The notes beneath the pieces were generated by a model. The model searched no databases. It was given only the letters and a program-made list of their open reading frames with translations, and was not told the DNA's origin. A DNA stretch of 64,000 nt from assembly GCF_036321535.1 (NCBI RefSeq), contig NC_087445.1:18910001-18974000 (forward strand), written 5' to 3'. Within the stretch, counting starts at the first letter, position 1, and every line of letters begins with the position of its first letter. The stretch is from Camelus dromedarius (lineage: Eukaryota). Shown piece by piece: positions 36,679-49,790 of the stretch. The translations under genes were made by a program, and so were the position numbers.

Positions 36679-39600
36679 GTGAACAAACTTATTTTTAGGG
36701 AGAAGGACACAATCGATTTTCTCAATAAATACTTTTCTAATGAGATTTCCACAATCTGTGAAAGTTCTTGGGGGTTATTTGCTATTCCCAACAGGTGAAG
36801 TTTGTTTTCTTATGGAAAGGTTGTTAGGGCTGTATGTCACTAAAGACACTTTTCAGGGAACTTAGTGCTACCTGCTGTAACAGGGAACTGAAAAGGATCA
36901 GGAATTGAATCATAATAGAAATTTATCTCTCGTGCTTTAAGAGAACAATGCAGCTATCTCTAATCCGATGACTTTTCTAGTTGGCTTCTTCTCAAGAAGG
37001 CCTCAGGGGCCTGGCTACCCTCGGCTCCCTGGCTTTGCTATACTCAACGTGGAACTGCACACGTGTCTCCACCACTTGAGTCTACTCCACTCAGACAAGG
37101 GAAAATGAATGGTGGGTGACATGGGATGTTTTCAAGGCCCAGGACGGTACGGGGCAAGATCACTTCCACGCACACTACTGGGCCTGAATTTATGCTCACG
37201 GGCGTCTAAGCGGAGAAGTTGGGAAACTACTGGGTGACTAACGGAAGAGGAGAGAAGCTCAGTGAATAAGACCACGTCTCACTTTCACACGATTTGTACG
37301 AGTGATTATCCGGTGGGAAAAAACACCGACCAATATTTCTGCTTGCACACATGTTTTAAAAAGCATCTGAGCCGAAGTGCTGTCAGCACAGAGAGGTGAA
37401 TGTAACAAATTCAATCCTGCTTTTTTGTATCTTTGCTTTTTATAAGGAAAGGAACCTGAAAAAAAAATCACCAGTTACCTGATAATTAAGTACTGGTTAT
37501 TTTTAAAAGATTACTAATTACTATAAGTTAGGTTTAATGCTATAAGAGAGAAAAACAAAATTCTCTCAGCAGTGTGAGGAGAGAACAAGAAAAGTAGTAG
37601 TTACCCTCCACGGTTTACAGGGGGCACTTCAGGGTGCATGTCCACTGGATGCTGGGGTTGGTCATTTACAAGCAGTTCCCACGGACTGTGATGCATGGGA
37701 CAGAAGTGGTCAAATGGGAACAAAACACAGAATGAGGAAAGCACTTAGGGTGAGACCCATAACCTTAACTTTAAAGGGAGGGAAGAAGAACCACAAAGGA
37801 CATAGGGTGGAAAGGCCATATGTGAACAGGATAAGAGAGAACGGTGAGAAGACTGTGTGCAAAAGACTGAAACTGCTTAAAAGACTCACCGCATTCAGGA
37901 CAAATGAGGATGGGAAGTGCCCCCCTACACTGGGAAAGTAGATGGCATTGGCCACCCTCGCCAGAGCCTGTTTGGTAGAATTAATCAGCAGAAACCATCC
38001 TGCAGACGGCGGAAGGGGGAGTAAAGGAGGCACTGAGAGCATGTGATCATTCTGCGAACACAAAGGTGAATGTATAGAAAATAGGTTTCAGATATTTGCC
38101 ACCTGAACTTAAGTTTCATCTTGTGTAATTCTCAAACCCTTTGTTTTCTTCTTCATGCTCTGAAGATGGTTCTTCCCTGGGTGACTCCTAAGTTCACTGG
38201 CTGCTCCATCTCTGTGCCTCTGCAGTCTCTCCTCTTTCCGACCTTGAAAGTTGAAGGTTCTCAGAAGCTCTAGGTCATCTTCTCACTCTACATGCTCCTC
38301 ATAGGGAATCACATCTATTACCATACCCTGGTTTCCAAACATGCCACATCAACTGCAAAATTATTGTCTCCAGGATATACATGGCTTTTGATTCCGGATC
38401 GACATATTTGTCGACCGATGGGCTGTCTTTCATGTTTCTTGGGCTCTTTCTGGAGAACATCTGCTTTCTCAGTGCAGTTAGGAGTCAAACAGAGAAGAAA
38501 CGTCTTCAGTAAGCACTGAAGAAAAAAACAAAGGGTTTGAGAATTGCACAATATGAAACTTAAATAATTATTTACACCTTCACAGGATTCTGGACTGAAT
38601 CTCCATTCTGCCAGGACGTGTGTGTGTGATTCTGGGGAATCATTAAACTTTCCTGAGCTCAGCTACCTTAAATAGAAAGTAAGTGAATACATTCCCAGGG
38701 CTGCTGTGAGCAGTACATACACGAGAACATTTAACAGCACATAGCAGAGTTATCATCCACTGAGTGAGGGCTAAACAGATAGTGACTATTTTCTTATTTT
38801 TTCATATAGATCTAAATGGGAATAGTGACTTCTACCCCCCTCTCTGTAACTGGAAAGCACGGAGAGTCTGAAAAGCGGAATTGGGAAAAAGTGTGTCATC
38901 CCTTGTATGTAGTTATATACATAACAATATAATATATCTGGATGTATACACATATGGCACCAATGTATATACACGTATACTATAAGATATACCACATCTA
39001 TAATATACCACATATCCATCTGCTGGTTCTCGTAGTTGGCACACGTCCCCCTTCCTCTCTGCTTTCCTGGATCCCATTCTTTCACTGCAATCACAATCGC
39101 TTCCTTCCTCCCAGTGTAGGAGTCCCCACTGAGCTCTCCTCATCCACCCTGCATTCAGCTCCACTCTCCATCCATACAGCTCTTTCGTTTTCCTCTTGGG
39201 GTTCTGGCTGTCAGTTTCCTCTAAAGACTACAAAGCCACTCACTGAAAGGAGAAGTTGAGTGAAAGTTCTTGTTTGTCAGAAACTCTCACATGAAGTCAC
39301 CCTCTCTGCCTACCTCACTGCGGGTCCAGACTGTCCTGCCTTCCACAGAAGCACAGTAAATAGAGGGAATTCTGCCCCATGATGAACTGGGGGAGAATCC
39401 AGGGCCTCATCTGGGCCTCTCTGTGGGCACTTCCACTTCTGACTGCACTAGGAAGAGGCTCCCCTGCTTCAGGGCTCTCATTTGCTCACAAACCCAAAGG
39501 GCACGAACCATGGAGTTGAAAGTCAGCAGCAGCTTGAGAACCTGGGAGGAGGACAGCGATGGGGAAAGCACTCACTGGAACAGCGGCGGGTCCTCAGGAG

Positions 39601-40714
39601 AGGGACCAGCACAGACGAGCTGCACTGAGGGAAAGGCTCCTCCAGTACGTTACTTTCCAGAGGAGAAAGGACTGAAGTCCATGTGAGAGCATGGAGTTCT
39701 GCCAGAAAGATGCAGACACCAGCAGTGTCCCCAGCAAGGGTGACACTGATACCACAGCAGCCTGCAGACCACTAGAAAGGACAAGGGTTACTCCACTGTC
39801 ACCTGCAAACCTGTTTCCTCCTTATGACCCAGTATGTTTTCATAGAGCAAGAAAGACTTTTCTGGAGACAGTACAGTCCAAGGACTTCTTGACTTCTTGA
39901 ATTACATCATGTGTAGCCTCTTTCAAAGACTAACAAAAGAAAACAATGCTTGAACAGAAGGGACACAGGCAGGGATCTGAATACATTTAGCAACAAGTGG
40001 GATAGAGGCTTCCAAGCAGGACATATAGCAGTAACCAGCACACTGGAAGAGCAAAATTTATAAAGGCAATGAAGATCTCTATGGAAATTCATTTATTTAA
40101 TTTAGGAAATTTGCAAAGGTGATATGGATGGATTCATCATCTTTTTCTTTCCAGTCTATATATCCTGCATTGAAGAGGTACATTTCAAGTATATTTTGAG
40201 GTATAAATATTTATAGAGGTATTTATACATTATATTTGGAAAACTTCCTGTAGGTTAGGGTCCAAAAAAAAAAAAATAAAAAATCATTCCTTTCTTTGTG
40301 CTAAAAACAGCATTTTATCAATGAATGGTGTTTTAATAATATTTTTTATTTTGATCCTACAGTATTATTGTATGATGTTTTAATAGGCTCAGGCTGGGAA
40401 AATAAATAATTACAACTACACTCATCAGTGTGGCTGACTTTGGAGATCAAGCCAGACTCTCCCTGCTATGTATCCCTTTGAAAACATTCAGTGCTTCTGT
40501 CTGGGAAGTGCTTACTGCTCCTCCATCTTGGTTATACTGAGGCTTTGTCAGTACCCAAACCTTAATCATGGGTGAAAAATAAAGAGATTCTTCACTGGAC
40601 TCCTTCAGCAGCAAATGGAAAGTCCCGTCTGGGCCTGAGGGAAGGAAACAGAAAGGGCATCTTTGGGAATGAGAACAGCAGGCTGCACTGACCGGTATCC
40701 TGGGAAATCAGTGA

Positions 40715-40735
40715 GGTCCTGGGTTACTGAAAAAA

Positions 40736-40776
<41 letters not shown>

Positions 40777-41190
40777 CATGAGAGCTGTGAGGTTAGATTT
40801 TCTGGAGGACTTACTGAGGACAGCCTCTCTCAGCTAGCTCTGGGGAGGCAAGGGAGAGGTCAGCATATATGTGATTTTGGTGAAGGGGGTACGTGCTATT
40901 AAGCTCACATCCTGGCACAAGGTTGTGCTAGTCTGGAAGAGAAGATGTCTCCGTTAATGGTTTCCGTGTTTCCCCACATATGAGAAGATGAAAACATAGG
41001 GTTCGTAAAATGTTCTTCTGAAATTACCTAACTGTCTGAAGATCTGTTCTGTCAGGTTTCCCTAGAACACAGAGTGCCTCATTGCTGATCTCTGCTCTGA
41101 ACTCCTTTCAGGGTGGATTGGAAGTTGGTGGCTAGTGACTTCATTCTTGTACAACCAGATGGCCAGGGACATTTTAGTTGTCATCCTGGA
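40715..41190 (-). mobile_element. LTR of the same family as 34.0 and 61.1 kb, with an internal (AC)n microsatellite at ~40739-40774
   Basis: The reverse complement aligns to 61200-61646. The CA/GT tract sits at the homologous position. Confidence 0.65.
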
Positions 41191-41254
41191 GACATGCAGA
41201 GCTCACATGGCCAGAAACTGTGAAGTGCTTTTCCTTTTCATTTCTTTAAGGGGA

Positions 41255-41372
41255 AGAAGTAATTCGGTTTATTTTTTTACTTACGTATGTTTTAAGTGGA
41301 GGTCCTGGGGATTGAGCCCAGGACCCTGCGCATGCTAGGTAGGCACTCTACCACTGAGCTATTCCCTCCCCC
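41255..41372 (-). mobile_element. tRNA-derived SINE, camelid Vic-1-like
   Basis: The minus strand reads GGGGAGGGAATAGCTCAGTGGTAGAGTGCCTACCTAGCATGCGCAGGGTCCTGGGCTCAATCCCCAGGACCTCCAC plus an A-rich tail. Pol III A/B boxes are present. Confidence 0.75.
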
Positions 41373-44043
41373 TATTTTTTTCTTTAGTTTTTAAAAGTTC
41401 TTTGTCTTTATTCTCAACTCACAAGAAAACTCGAGTTAAAACGAAACAGATTCCAGTAGTCTGATGCCGTTGGGTTAATGAACTTACATTACTATATTTC
41501 CGTGAAGAAATCAATCATAAAATCTTAGACTTTTTTTTTCCAATCAGCATAAACTCTTCTCCCATCTAAGTATTGAACAGAGATTTTGTCCATTTTTTTC
41601 CTTCGAAGTTAAAGTCTGTTCAGCTGACTCATACCTCACACGGTGTTGCCCTACAAAACAACAGACAGTAACCTTTGGCATTAGAAGTGGAATCAAGGAT
41701 CCTCTGTCCTCTTACTCTTTTCCCTCTACTGATTTCCTTAGTTCCTAAATCTCCCATTGATTTTCACCCTTCACTTTCTTTAATGGGCCTTCCATACAAG
41801 TCACTGCAACCTCATGAAGGTCTGTCCTTATAGCTCTGGTTTGCTTGGAATCGTTTGTCCCTCCACATTTCTATTTCTCTCCAGCTGTATTAAGTGAGTG
41901 TGATCGAAACAGGGTTACTCTGAGGACTGAGGTAATATTTTAAAGAACTTAGAAAGTGGCTAGTCCATAATATGCAAACAATGAAATTATCTTTTAACAT
42001 CATGATTACTGTTACTCAGGCTAAGATCAGGATCTTTGGAATCATCTAATTCTTTTCCTTTAATTCTAGGTTTCACAAAGCACTCTTTGTGTTGCCTGAG
42101 TGGATCTATCACCTAGATAGATGCTCAGCGAGGCTGGCACCCACCCTCCTGCCAGACAGGGGGAGCCTTCCAGCAACTGGGGTTCTGGTTGCCAGTCTCC
42201 TGATTGGTTTGACTTCTTCCTTCTCTCCTCAGAACTGATTACACATGGATTAAAATGACAGAAAAATCCGTCAGCTGGTCTTGCAAAGCTGAAGGCTGTC
42301 CTTTGATCCAAGACTTGGGCTTCTTTGAACTTCTGGCAGCAGCAGCCCTGCTCCTGCCTTTCTGTTACTCACACTGACCCCATGTCTCCCTCCGCCAGAT
42401 CCTCGTCCCCACCTGCGCCGCAGTGATGCTGCGCCTTGGAATGCGGCGCCGTGTCCGCAGAGTATCACTTCCCTTCCTTCACTTTCATGTCACTAAGACA
42501 CTTGTTTCCTTTTTGCCCACGGAACAACTGAAGGATTTTACTTTCTAGGAAAGTCGCAATAAGAATCCAAAAATCGAAAGTCTTGAAAATGACAGGGACT
42601 GCAGCCCTGCTGCCTTTCTTTGCTTCCCTTCACTGTTCTCACCTCAGCAGGAATTAGAACTCATGCAGGAGCAGCAGGAGGATCTTGCACAATAAGCCAC
42701 TAAGTGAATATAAGTTATAAAACTTTAAATGAAGAATCAAACACAAGTAAAGGAAAGAAGGCTATTTCTCTCGACACAGAAGCCCTCTGCATTCTCAGAG
42801 GGAGACAGAGACAGAGGAACAGAGAAACCCACCGGAATCAACTGACTGAATGAACAACTTCACGTCACTAGTGTCTGGGATGTAAGCTCCTAAAGAGAAA
42901 CACACCAGCACTGAACCCTTTGTGCCCAGCTCAGAAATCTGAGCATAACACGGGTTCAACAGTTTAAATAAAGTGTTGAACAAGAAAATCTGTATTTGGG
43001 AAACTAAAAGGTATTTGTCTAGCCAAGGTGAAACGATTAGAATTGGATTATTCCTCTACCTACTTAGACAAAACAAACTTTGGCTCTCAGCATCTGCTGG
43101 CTGGTGACACTTTTGATACCTGGGGACATGGGTCAGGAGAGGAGGCGGCTACCACTGAGGACCAGGGTCCTTCACACAAACACTCCATGAGCAAGGGCGC
43201 GGGTTGGAAGGTGAATTATCTCCCCGACAAATAAACATGTCCATCCACACAAAGGAAATTTTCAAGTCCTCAGGATGTGGTGAGCCTCCCCTCAGGGAGT
43301 GGGTCTAGGGGTTTAAAAAACCGGACCCCGTCACTCAAGAGAATGTGTGTGACTAGATGTGATTTCCACTTTGTGAGTGAGGTGTTTCTGGGAGTTAGAC
43401 TCTCCACCACCACATTCTGCTGAAAAGAACCAGGACCCCTGGGAGCGGTTTTGGCACAGACCGTGGGGACTACAGTTCCCCAGTAAGAAAACGGCGGAAA
43501 GAAAGGGCGGCGTCTGTCACTGTCCTGACCCCGTGGTCCCCTGCAGCACAACCACATGCACCTGCACGAACGTGTTCCAGAAGGAAGAGAAACATCAGAG
43601 AAGCTCATTCGTTGATTATCATCAGCCTCTTTTGTAAATCAATCGGTAAATAAAACCCAACTCTAGTTTCAAAGAGCTTCACTGCCAGAGGTGATCTGTT
43701 AAATCCCTGAACACACACAGAAACCGCAAGGCCGCGGGGACCTGCTTCCCTGTGTGAAGTAAGGGGGTGAAAAGGAGCCTAAGGTCAGGGCGAGAACTGT
43801 GTTCCTGCAACAGAGAAGAGCAATAGTTATGTACGAGAGAGAGAGACAGGGAGGGAGACAGGGAGGATGTGTGTGTTTACATACCTTCAGCGCGTCTGAC
43901 TTGACGACAGTGACCTTGCTCACCTGACTGATCAATACCTATTTGGATGGGCATATCTGAAGTTTACTGGGAAAATTAAACTTCCTGCAAATTATTAGGT
44001 TAGATTGATGACATCTTCCTAGAACATACTGAGAATCTATGAA

Positions 44044-44113
44044 TGGAAATCAAAAAAGGAAGTGAAAGTGTAGAAAATGTTCAGAAAATGAAAACTACTA
44101 TCTCCGTATTTAA
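44044..44113 (+). promoter_or_regulatory. IFN-omega virus-responsive element and TATA box
   Basis: GGAAGTGAAAGT and CAGAAAATGAAAAC, followed by TATTTAA at 44107-44113. Confidence 0.75.
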
Positions 44114-44207
44114 TGGCCTTGCTTAGAAAGAATGTCATCAGAGAACCTACCTCCAACGTTCACCAAGACGCCCGTCTCAGCCAGGCCAGCAGCACCTCAT
44201 TTGCCAC

Positions 44208-44795
44208 ATGGCCTCTGTGCCCTCTCTACTGATGGCCTTGCTACTGTCCAGCTATGGCCCTGGTGGGGCTCTGGGCTGTGACCTGCCACAGAACCACGTG
44301 CTAGTTAGCAGGCAGAACTTCGTGCTTCTAGGCCAATTGAGGAGAATCTCCCCTTTCTTCTGCCTGGAGGACAGAAAAGACTTCCGTTTCCCCCAGGAGA
44401 TGGTGGATGGCAGCCAGCTCCAGAAGGCCCAGGCCATCTCTGTCCTCCACGAGATGCTCCAGCAGATCTTCAACCTCTTCCATGCAGAGCGCTCCTCTGC
44501 CGCCTGGGACGCCACCCTCCTGGACAAACTCCTCACTGGACTCCATCAGCAGCTGGAGGACCTGGACACCTGTTTCGTGCAGGTGATGGGAGAGCAAGAC
44601 TCTGCCCAGGGAAGGGCGGGCCCTACAGTGGTGCTGAAGAGCTACTTCCAGGGAATCCATCTCTACCTGAAAGAGAAGAAATACAGTGACTGTGCCTGGG
44701 AAATTGTCCGACTGGAAATCAAGAGATCCTTCTCTTCATTAACCAACTTGCAAGAAAGGCTAAGAATTATGGATGGAGACCTGGGGTCACCTTGA
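44208..44795 (+). CDS. IFNW: Interferon omega (195 aa, intact)
   Basis: [31 protein letters not shown] and the omega-type 6-aa C-terminal extension (MDGDLGSP). Confidence 0.92.
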   Translation: MASVPSLLMALLLSSYGPGGALGCDLPQNHVLVSRQNFVLLGQLRRISPFFCLEDRKDFRFPQEMVDGSQLQKAQAISVLHEMLQQIFNLFHAERSSAAWDATLLDKLLTGLHQQLEDLDTCFVQVMGEQDSAQGRAGPTVVLKSYFQGIHLYLKEKKYSDCAWEIVRLEIKRSFSSLTNLQERLRIMDGDLGSP

Positions 44796-44976
44796 CATGA
44801 TTCTCCCTGACCGAGATGCCATGTCACCCTTGCACATTGGTCTGTGGTCATTTCAGAAGACTCTTATTTCTGTTTTAATCACAGAGTTTACTGAATTAAT
44901 TCAGCTAAGACTTTGTCAGTAGTATATGAAAGAATGTTAAAAATATTCAGTGCCTAAGCGATGACCTTCCCTCATG

Positions 44977-45015
44977 TAATTTATTTATTTATTGGTTGGT
45001 TATTTATTTATTTAA
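44977..45015 (+). promoter_or_regulatory. AU-rich element cluster in the IFNW 3' UTR
   Basis: Overlapping ATTTA pentamers. Confidence 0.7.
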
Positions 45016-45649
45016 TATTGTATCTTATCATTCATATTTACATTTTCATATAAAAAATACTTGCTTTCTCACTGTATTAAGATTTAGAAAATGTTTACAT
45101 TTCCATTTTATTAAATTTGCAGTTATTTATTTATTTATTAAATTCTTATCAGAGAAAACTCCTTGAGTCCGCTTAGTCTGAACACCTAAATCCAATCCCT
45201 GGTTTCCTAAACGAAACTGAAGAATAGATGGTAATAATCACCTACTCATTCATTTATGCAGTCCATGTCAGATGGATTAAACAAGTATCAAACGAGATAG
45301 TGGAACTGCCTTTCACAAGCACAGATGAATAAATCCAATACAGTACCTTCTGTCTTAAAACTTTTAGTCTCATAGGGCAAGTCATAAAAAGAGGACTCAT
45401 ATATTTTTTCAATTTTCAATTACATTAAAAATAGAAGAAGAAGTAAGGGAAAATTATGTTTTCACATCAGAAGCTTTAGATACAGATAATTTTTAGGGGA
45501 TAAAGGAGAGATACCCTTTCCAGGGTGCCTGGGAGGTATGTAATTGTAGAAGCCTTATTGGCTGTTGGGCAAATGGGTCCACAGTAAAAATACAGTGAAT
45601 GGACACAGGAGTTTGTCTGAGATGAAATCAAGACACAGTTGTTCTCATC

Positions 45650-46870
45650 ATTAATCTTGTTTGAAAAAAAAATAGCAAAAAATAGTGTTGACTTTGGATT
45701 TGGCAATGACTTTTTAGATACACCAAATGCATGAAAGAAAAATTGGTAAGTTAGATTTCATTAAAATTAAAAACTTCTGCTCTGTGAAAGACACTGTCAA
45801 AGAGAATGAGAAGATAACCCACAGACTCTTAAAGACTCATATCTTATAAAGGACTATTTTCCAAAATGTGCAGAAACTTAAAACTCAACAATAAGAAAAC
45901 CAATTAAAATGGGCAAAAGGTCTAAACAGACTCCTCACCATAGATGACATACAGATGGAAAATAAGCATCTGAAAGTAGTTCAACATCATAAATCGTTAG
46001 GGAAATGCAAACTGAAACAATGCTAAACCACTACACTTCTACTAGAAGGACTAAAATTCAGAACACTGACAACACCAAGTACTGGTGAGGATGTGGAACA
46101 GCAGGAACATCCATTGTTGGTGGCAATGCAAAATGGTACTGCCTCTTTGGAAGACACTTTCACAGTTTCTGACAAAACCAAACATACTCTTACCATGCAG
46201 TCTAGCCACTGTGCTCCCTGGGATTTACCAAATGAGCTGAAAATTGATGTCTACACAAACCCATGCACACGGCTATCTGGAACAGCTTTATTCATAACTG
46301 CCAGATCTTGAAAACAACCAAGATGTCCTCCAACAAGAGAAGGGATGAACTGTGATACGTCCAGACAGTGAAATACTATGCAGCACTACAAAGAAATGAG
46401 CTATCAAGCCATGAAATAAAACACGAAGGAAACTTATAAATGAGTATTAGTAAGTGAAATATACCAACCTGAAAAGGCCACATACTATATGACTCCAACT
46501 GTTCGACAGTCTAGAAAAGGGCAAAACTCTGAACACAGTGGCTGCCAAGGCTCGGGGTCGGGGGAGAGGATGAATGGGAGGATCACATTCTGTTGATGCT
46601 ATAATGGTGGATACGTGTCTTCCTGTTCCCAGAGTGTAAGTGGGAACTTTTTGGCCCTACGATGCCTGTGCAATCCCAGCTATTCCGCTCCATGACCATT
46701 TAATGTTCCAGATAACGAGGGAGCTGAAGGAGGGAAGGGAAAGTCTAACTCATGGGACATGGTCTTTGATTTTCTCACTTTTAAACGCCCCGAGCATTTG
46801 TAGTTTTTGTTATTGTACCCTTGTGGTAGTATTATATCAACAACATTTAATAATTAAAAGATATCTTTAC
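45650..46870 (+). mobile_element. Old L1 (L1MC/MD-like) ORF2 end and 3' UTR
   Basis: Typical L1 3' text (ttggatttggcaatgac.., aaaacttctgctctgtgaaagacac.., gaaatgagctatcaagccatgaa..). Confidence 0.7.
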
Positions 46871-47984
46871 AAAAACAAACAAAGGAACCAGAGATGACGG
46901 GGGATGCACAACGCCACCCGCTAACCCTCATCACCTTCAGAAAGTGAAAGCTGGCTCTCAAGACGGGCTGAAACCGACCATCTGTTACTCTAAGCCCGAG
47001 TTCTGGCTACCCCTACACTTCTCCTAAATGGGGCTGAGGCAGAAGACATGAGTCTCCTTTTAGGAAAAAAACCCAGTATTTTGGAAATATATAACTCTAC
47101 CTATAATAGAGACAATCTACTCCAGAGCATGTAGTAATTCAGAACCAATTAATTTTCTCTGATTTTATGGAAACACTTTGGGAGAAATTTTGCCCTGAGT
47201 AGGGGACGCAGGAGGCCTTTCTGGCTGACCTGAGGAAACAGGCTCCCAGAGGCAGAGTGCGGGGCAGGGTCGCAGGCAGCCCGGTGGATGCGTGGCTGTG
47301 TTATGGGGAAACTCCTAAAGTCATGCAGGGGCCGCTGTTCAGATCTTCACGTAGCTGAAACTTTATGGAGCTCTCAGTTGGAATCTTGGAAAATTAGGGA
47401 GACAGTGAACTGAATTGCTGGAATCCACGGTGTGTGTCACAAGAGGGGAGATCCTGCGCCCATGGCATCAGGGGATGAGGTGGGGCACAAAGACAACGTG
47501 GGGTCTCGGTTGAAGACAGGGTCCTGTATCTGAGTGTGCCCTCGGTGTTGAAGGGGAAAGTTCACGGTACTGGTGAAAGATGGTCCTGAGAACGTGAGAT
47601 CCAGTGACAGAGGGAACTCTGGGTGGAGAAAGGCATCCAATGGTTATATGGTGAAAGAAAGGAAAGTAAGTGGGTGGTAGAGTCTAGTCAGAGGGTGGAG
47701 GCCAGCAGTAAGGAGGCCAGAATGAGCAAGGACAGTGGATCTCAAAGGTGACAGTGAGAAGTAGCTTCCTGGCTCCACAGACAACATAATGTCTGCTTCC
47801 TTGGTTACTCGAACTCCTCAGAGAAAAGATCTTGCTGCAACTGGTCCAGAAGGCCAACCACCAAAGGAAGCTTGGGCAGGTTCTTGAAAGAGACAGGAAA
47901 TACAAACTACACTCAATAGCAGTATGGGGAAGGGCAGGCCTGGCAGGGGTCACACTCTCCCCCCAGTCTACTTTCATGATATCC

Positions 47985-48360
47985 TTTTTCTTTCAATTGA
48001 AGGATAGTTGATTTACTGTATTAGTTTCAGGTATACAGCACAGTGACTTGCTATTTTTATAGATTTTCACCATACAAACTTACCGTAAAATACTGACTCT
48101 ATTTCCTGTGCTGTACGTTGTGTCCTGGGGACATTTGTTTTACAACTGCTAGTTTGTACCACTTAAACCCCTTTATCTAATTCTCCCCTCCCCTCACTCC
48201 TCTCCCCTCTGGTAACTACTAGTTTGTTCTCTGCATCTGGGGGTCTGTTCCTCTTTTGTTATATTTGTCATTTGTCTTGGTTTCTAGATTCCGCATAAAA
48301 ATGAGAACACAGCATTTACCTCTCTCTGTGTGACTTACTCCACTAAGAGTAACACCCTAC
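47985..48360 (-). mobile_element. L1 3' end fragment
   Basis: Antisense artiodactyl-type L1 tail (tagttgatttac..gtttcaggtatacagcacagtga..). Confidence 0.65.
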
Positions 48361-49429
48361 AGGCTTTTTATAGCCGCTCCAGGGCTTGATCTCACAAAGT
48401 TTCTCTGAGGTTCCTCCTCTTACATCAACTCTAGGCTGCACCAGGGCCCTGGAATGCCACAGGCAATCTAGGAACAGGGATGCCTGAAATGACAGGAGAG
48501 ATGAGTCATCTTTCCCGGAGAGGAAGTAGGCCCAGCGCCATGTCAGTGCCTTTGCAGGGAGCTCTCTGAACAGAGAAAACGGGAGCCTGGGTCACATCAG
48601 ATGAAGGCAGGATCTTGTAGGAAGCTGAGTAGAATGTTCCACTGGGAATAAACTCTTTCAGGATTAGATTACGAATGCCCAGGGATGCAAAGGCAAAGTT
48701 CAATGACAATACATAGTAAGGTTCACGTGTACAGAGCTGTGTCATTTTAAAGCTCATTCATACACGTTGTCCCAGATGATCATCACAACAACCCCTTGAG
48801 GTTTGCAGGCCAGTACTCTCTCAGAAGAGAAGCCTGAAGCTTAGGGAAGTTAACAACTTGGAATTAGGTCCAAAAGCAGGACCCAGAAATTCTGCCTCCA
48901 AAACCAATATACCTCCTATCACCACTGTATCTTCCACTGTATTTCATTTCACCACCTCGTGGGCAAGATCCATGGTCCAACTCAATCACTGCTCAGTTCC
49001 AGTGGATGGACTGAACGGGGATTAGAAGCGTCCCAAGCTTGATATGCTTCTGAAGAGGCTCCCTCCGAGGTCATTCTTCTCTGAGTACGACTGGTTCTAG
49101 GAACTGATCTCCTCAGTGGTTGGAGAGCAGAGCTCTCACTGAAAAGAAATACTAAGGTTCATCCGGGGAGAGCCTGGCATTCAACAGCAGAACATTACCA
49201 TTTATGACCCCAGCTTTTCTTTCTGCCTCTGTGTTGATGCTGAAAGACAAGGGAAAATTGACATGGGAAGACAACTTCACTGTTCTCTTTCTAAGAAGGC
49301 AGCAGACATTCATTACTAGTGAATAATGTAAAAGTCTACATTGACTTGAGATCTGTATTCTTTCTAAGTTACTCATTTTTAAAGCAGTTAAAATATTTTC
49401 TAATGATCTTTTATAAAACTCAACGAATG

Positions 49430-49790
49430 CTTTTCTGTATGTGGTCCTTTTAAAATATTTCACACACTAGTCCTCTGCTGGAGCCAGGCACAGAATCTCA
49501 GATCTCTGGGTCATGCATGCTCCGTGTGACAGGGCTCCACTCCTCAAGGACACATTCAGTAGTGTCTGATCAGAGACTTCCGGAGGAGCCTCAGTGTTGC
49601 TCTGCAGGTTGGCGCTGACACACCACGGTGGACTGGCCCAGAGACACCTGAGGCTGAAGGTGGCTGATACACAAAGGCAGAGGACTTGTCTTCCTCGGGA
49701 GGCTTAATGAGCCTGCACACGGGCCCTTAACCGACTGCTTGAAACCACCCTGGAGCCAGCCCTCTACCACAGCCACTTACTGAAAACATC
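49430..49790 (-). pseudogene. Probable very old type I IFN pseudogene remnant
   Basis: Minus-strand VVEGWLQ (cf. MVDGSQLQ), ..ctctgatcag..ctgaatg..tggagccctgt and AED*CVKYFKRTT (cf. NEDSILAVRKYFQRIT), in the right order. Similarity is weak. Confidence 0.4.

Noticed and set aside
39420-39560. Signal-peptide-like minus-strand stretch (LKLLLTFNSMVRALWVCE)
   Set aside because: No IFN motifs follow, so it is likely chance.
41290-41372. Functional tRNA gene
   Set aside because: The cloverleaf is not maintained and an A-rich tail follows, so it is a SINE.
44208-44795. IFN-tau assignment for the 195-aa gene
   Set aside because: The length is shared with omega. The promoter is a standard IRF/TATA type, and IFN-tau is restricted to ruminants.
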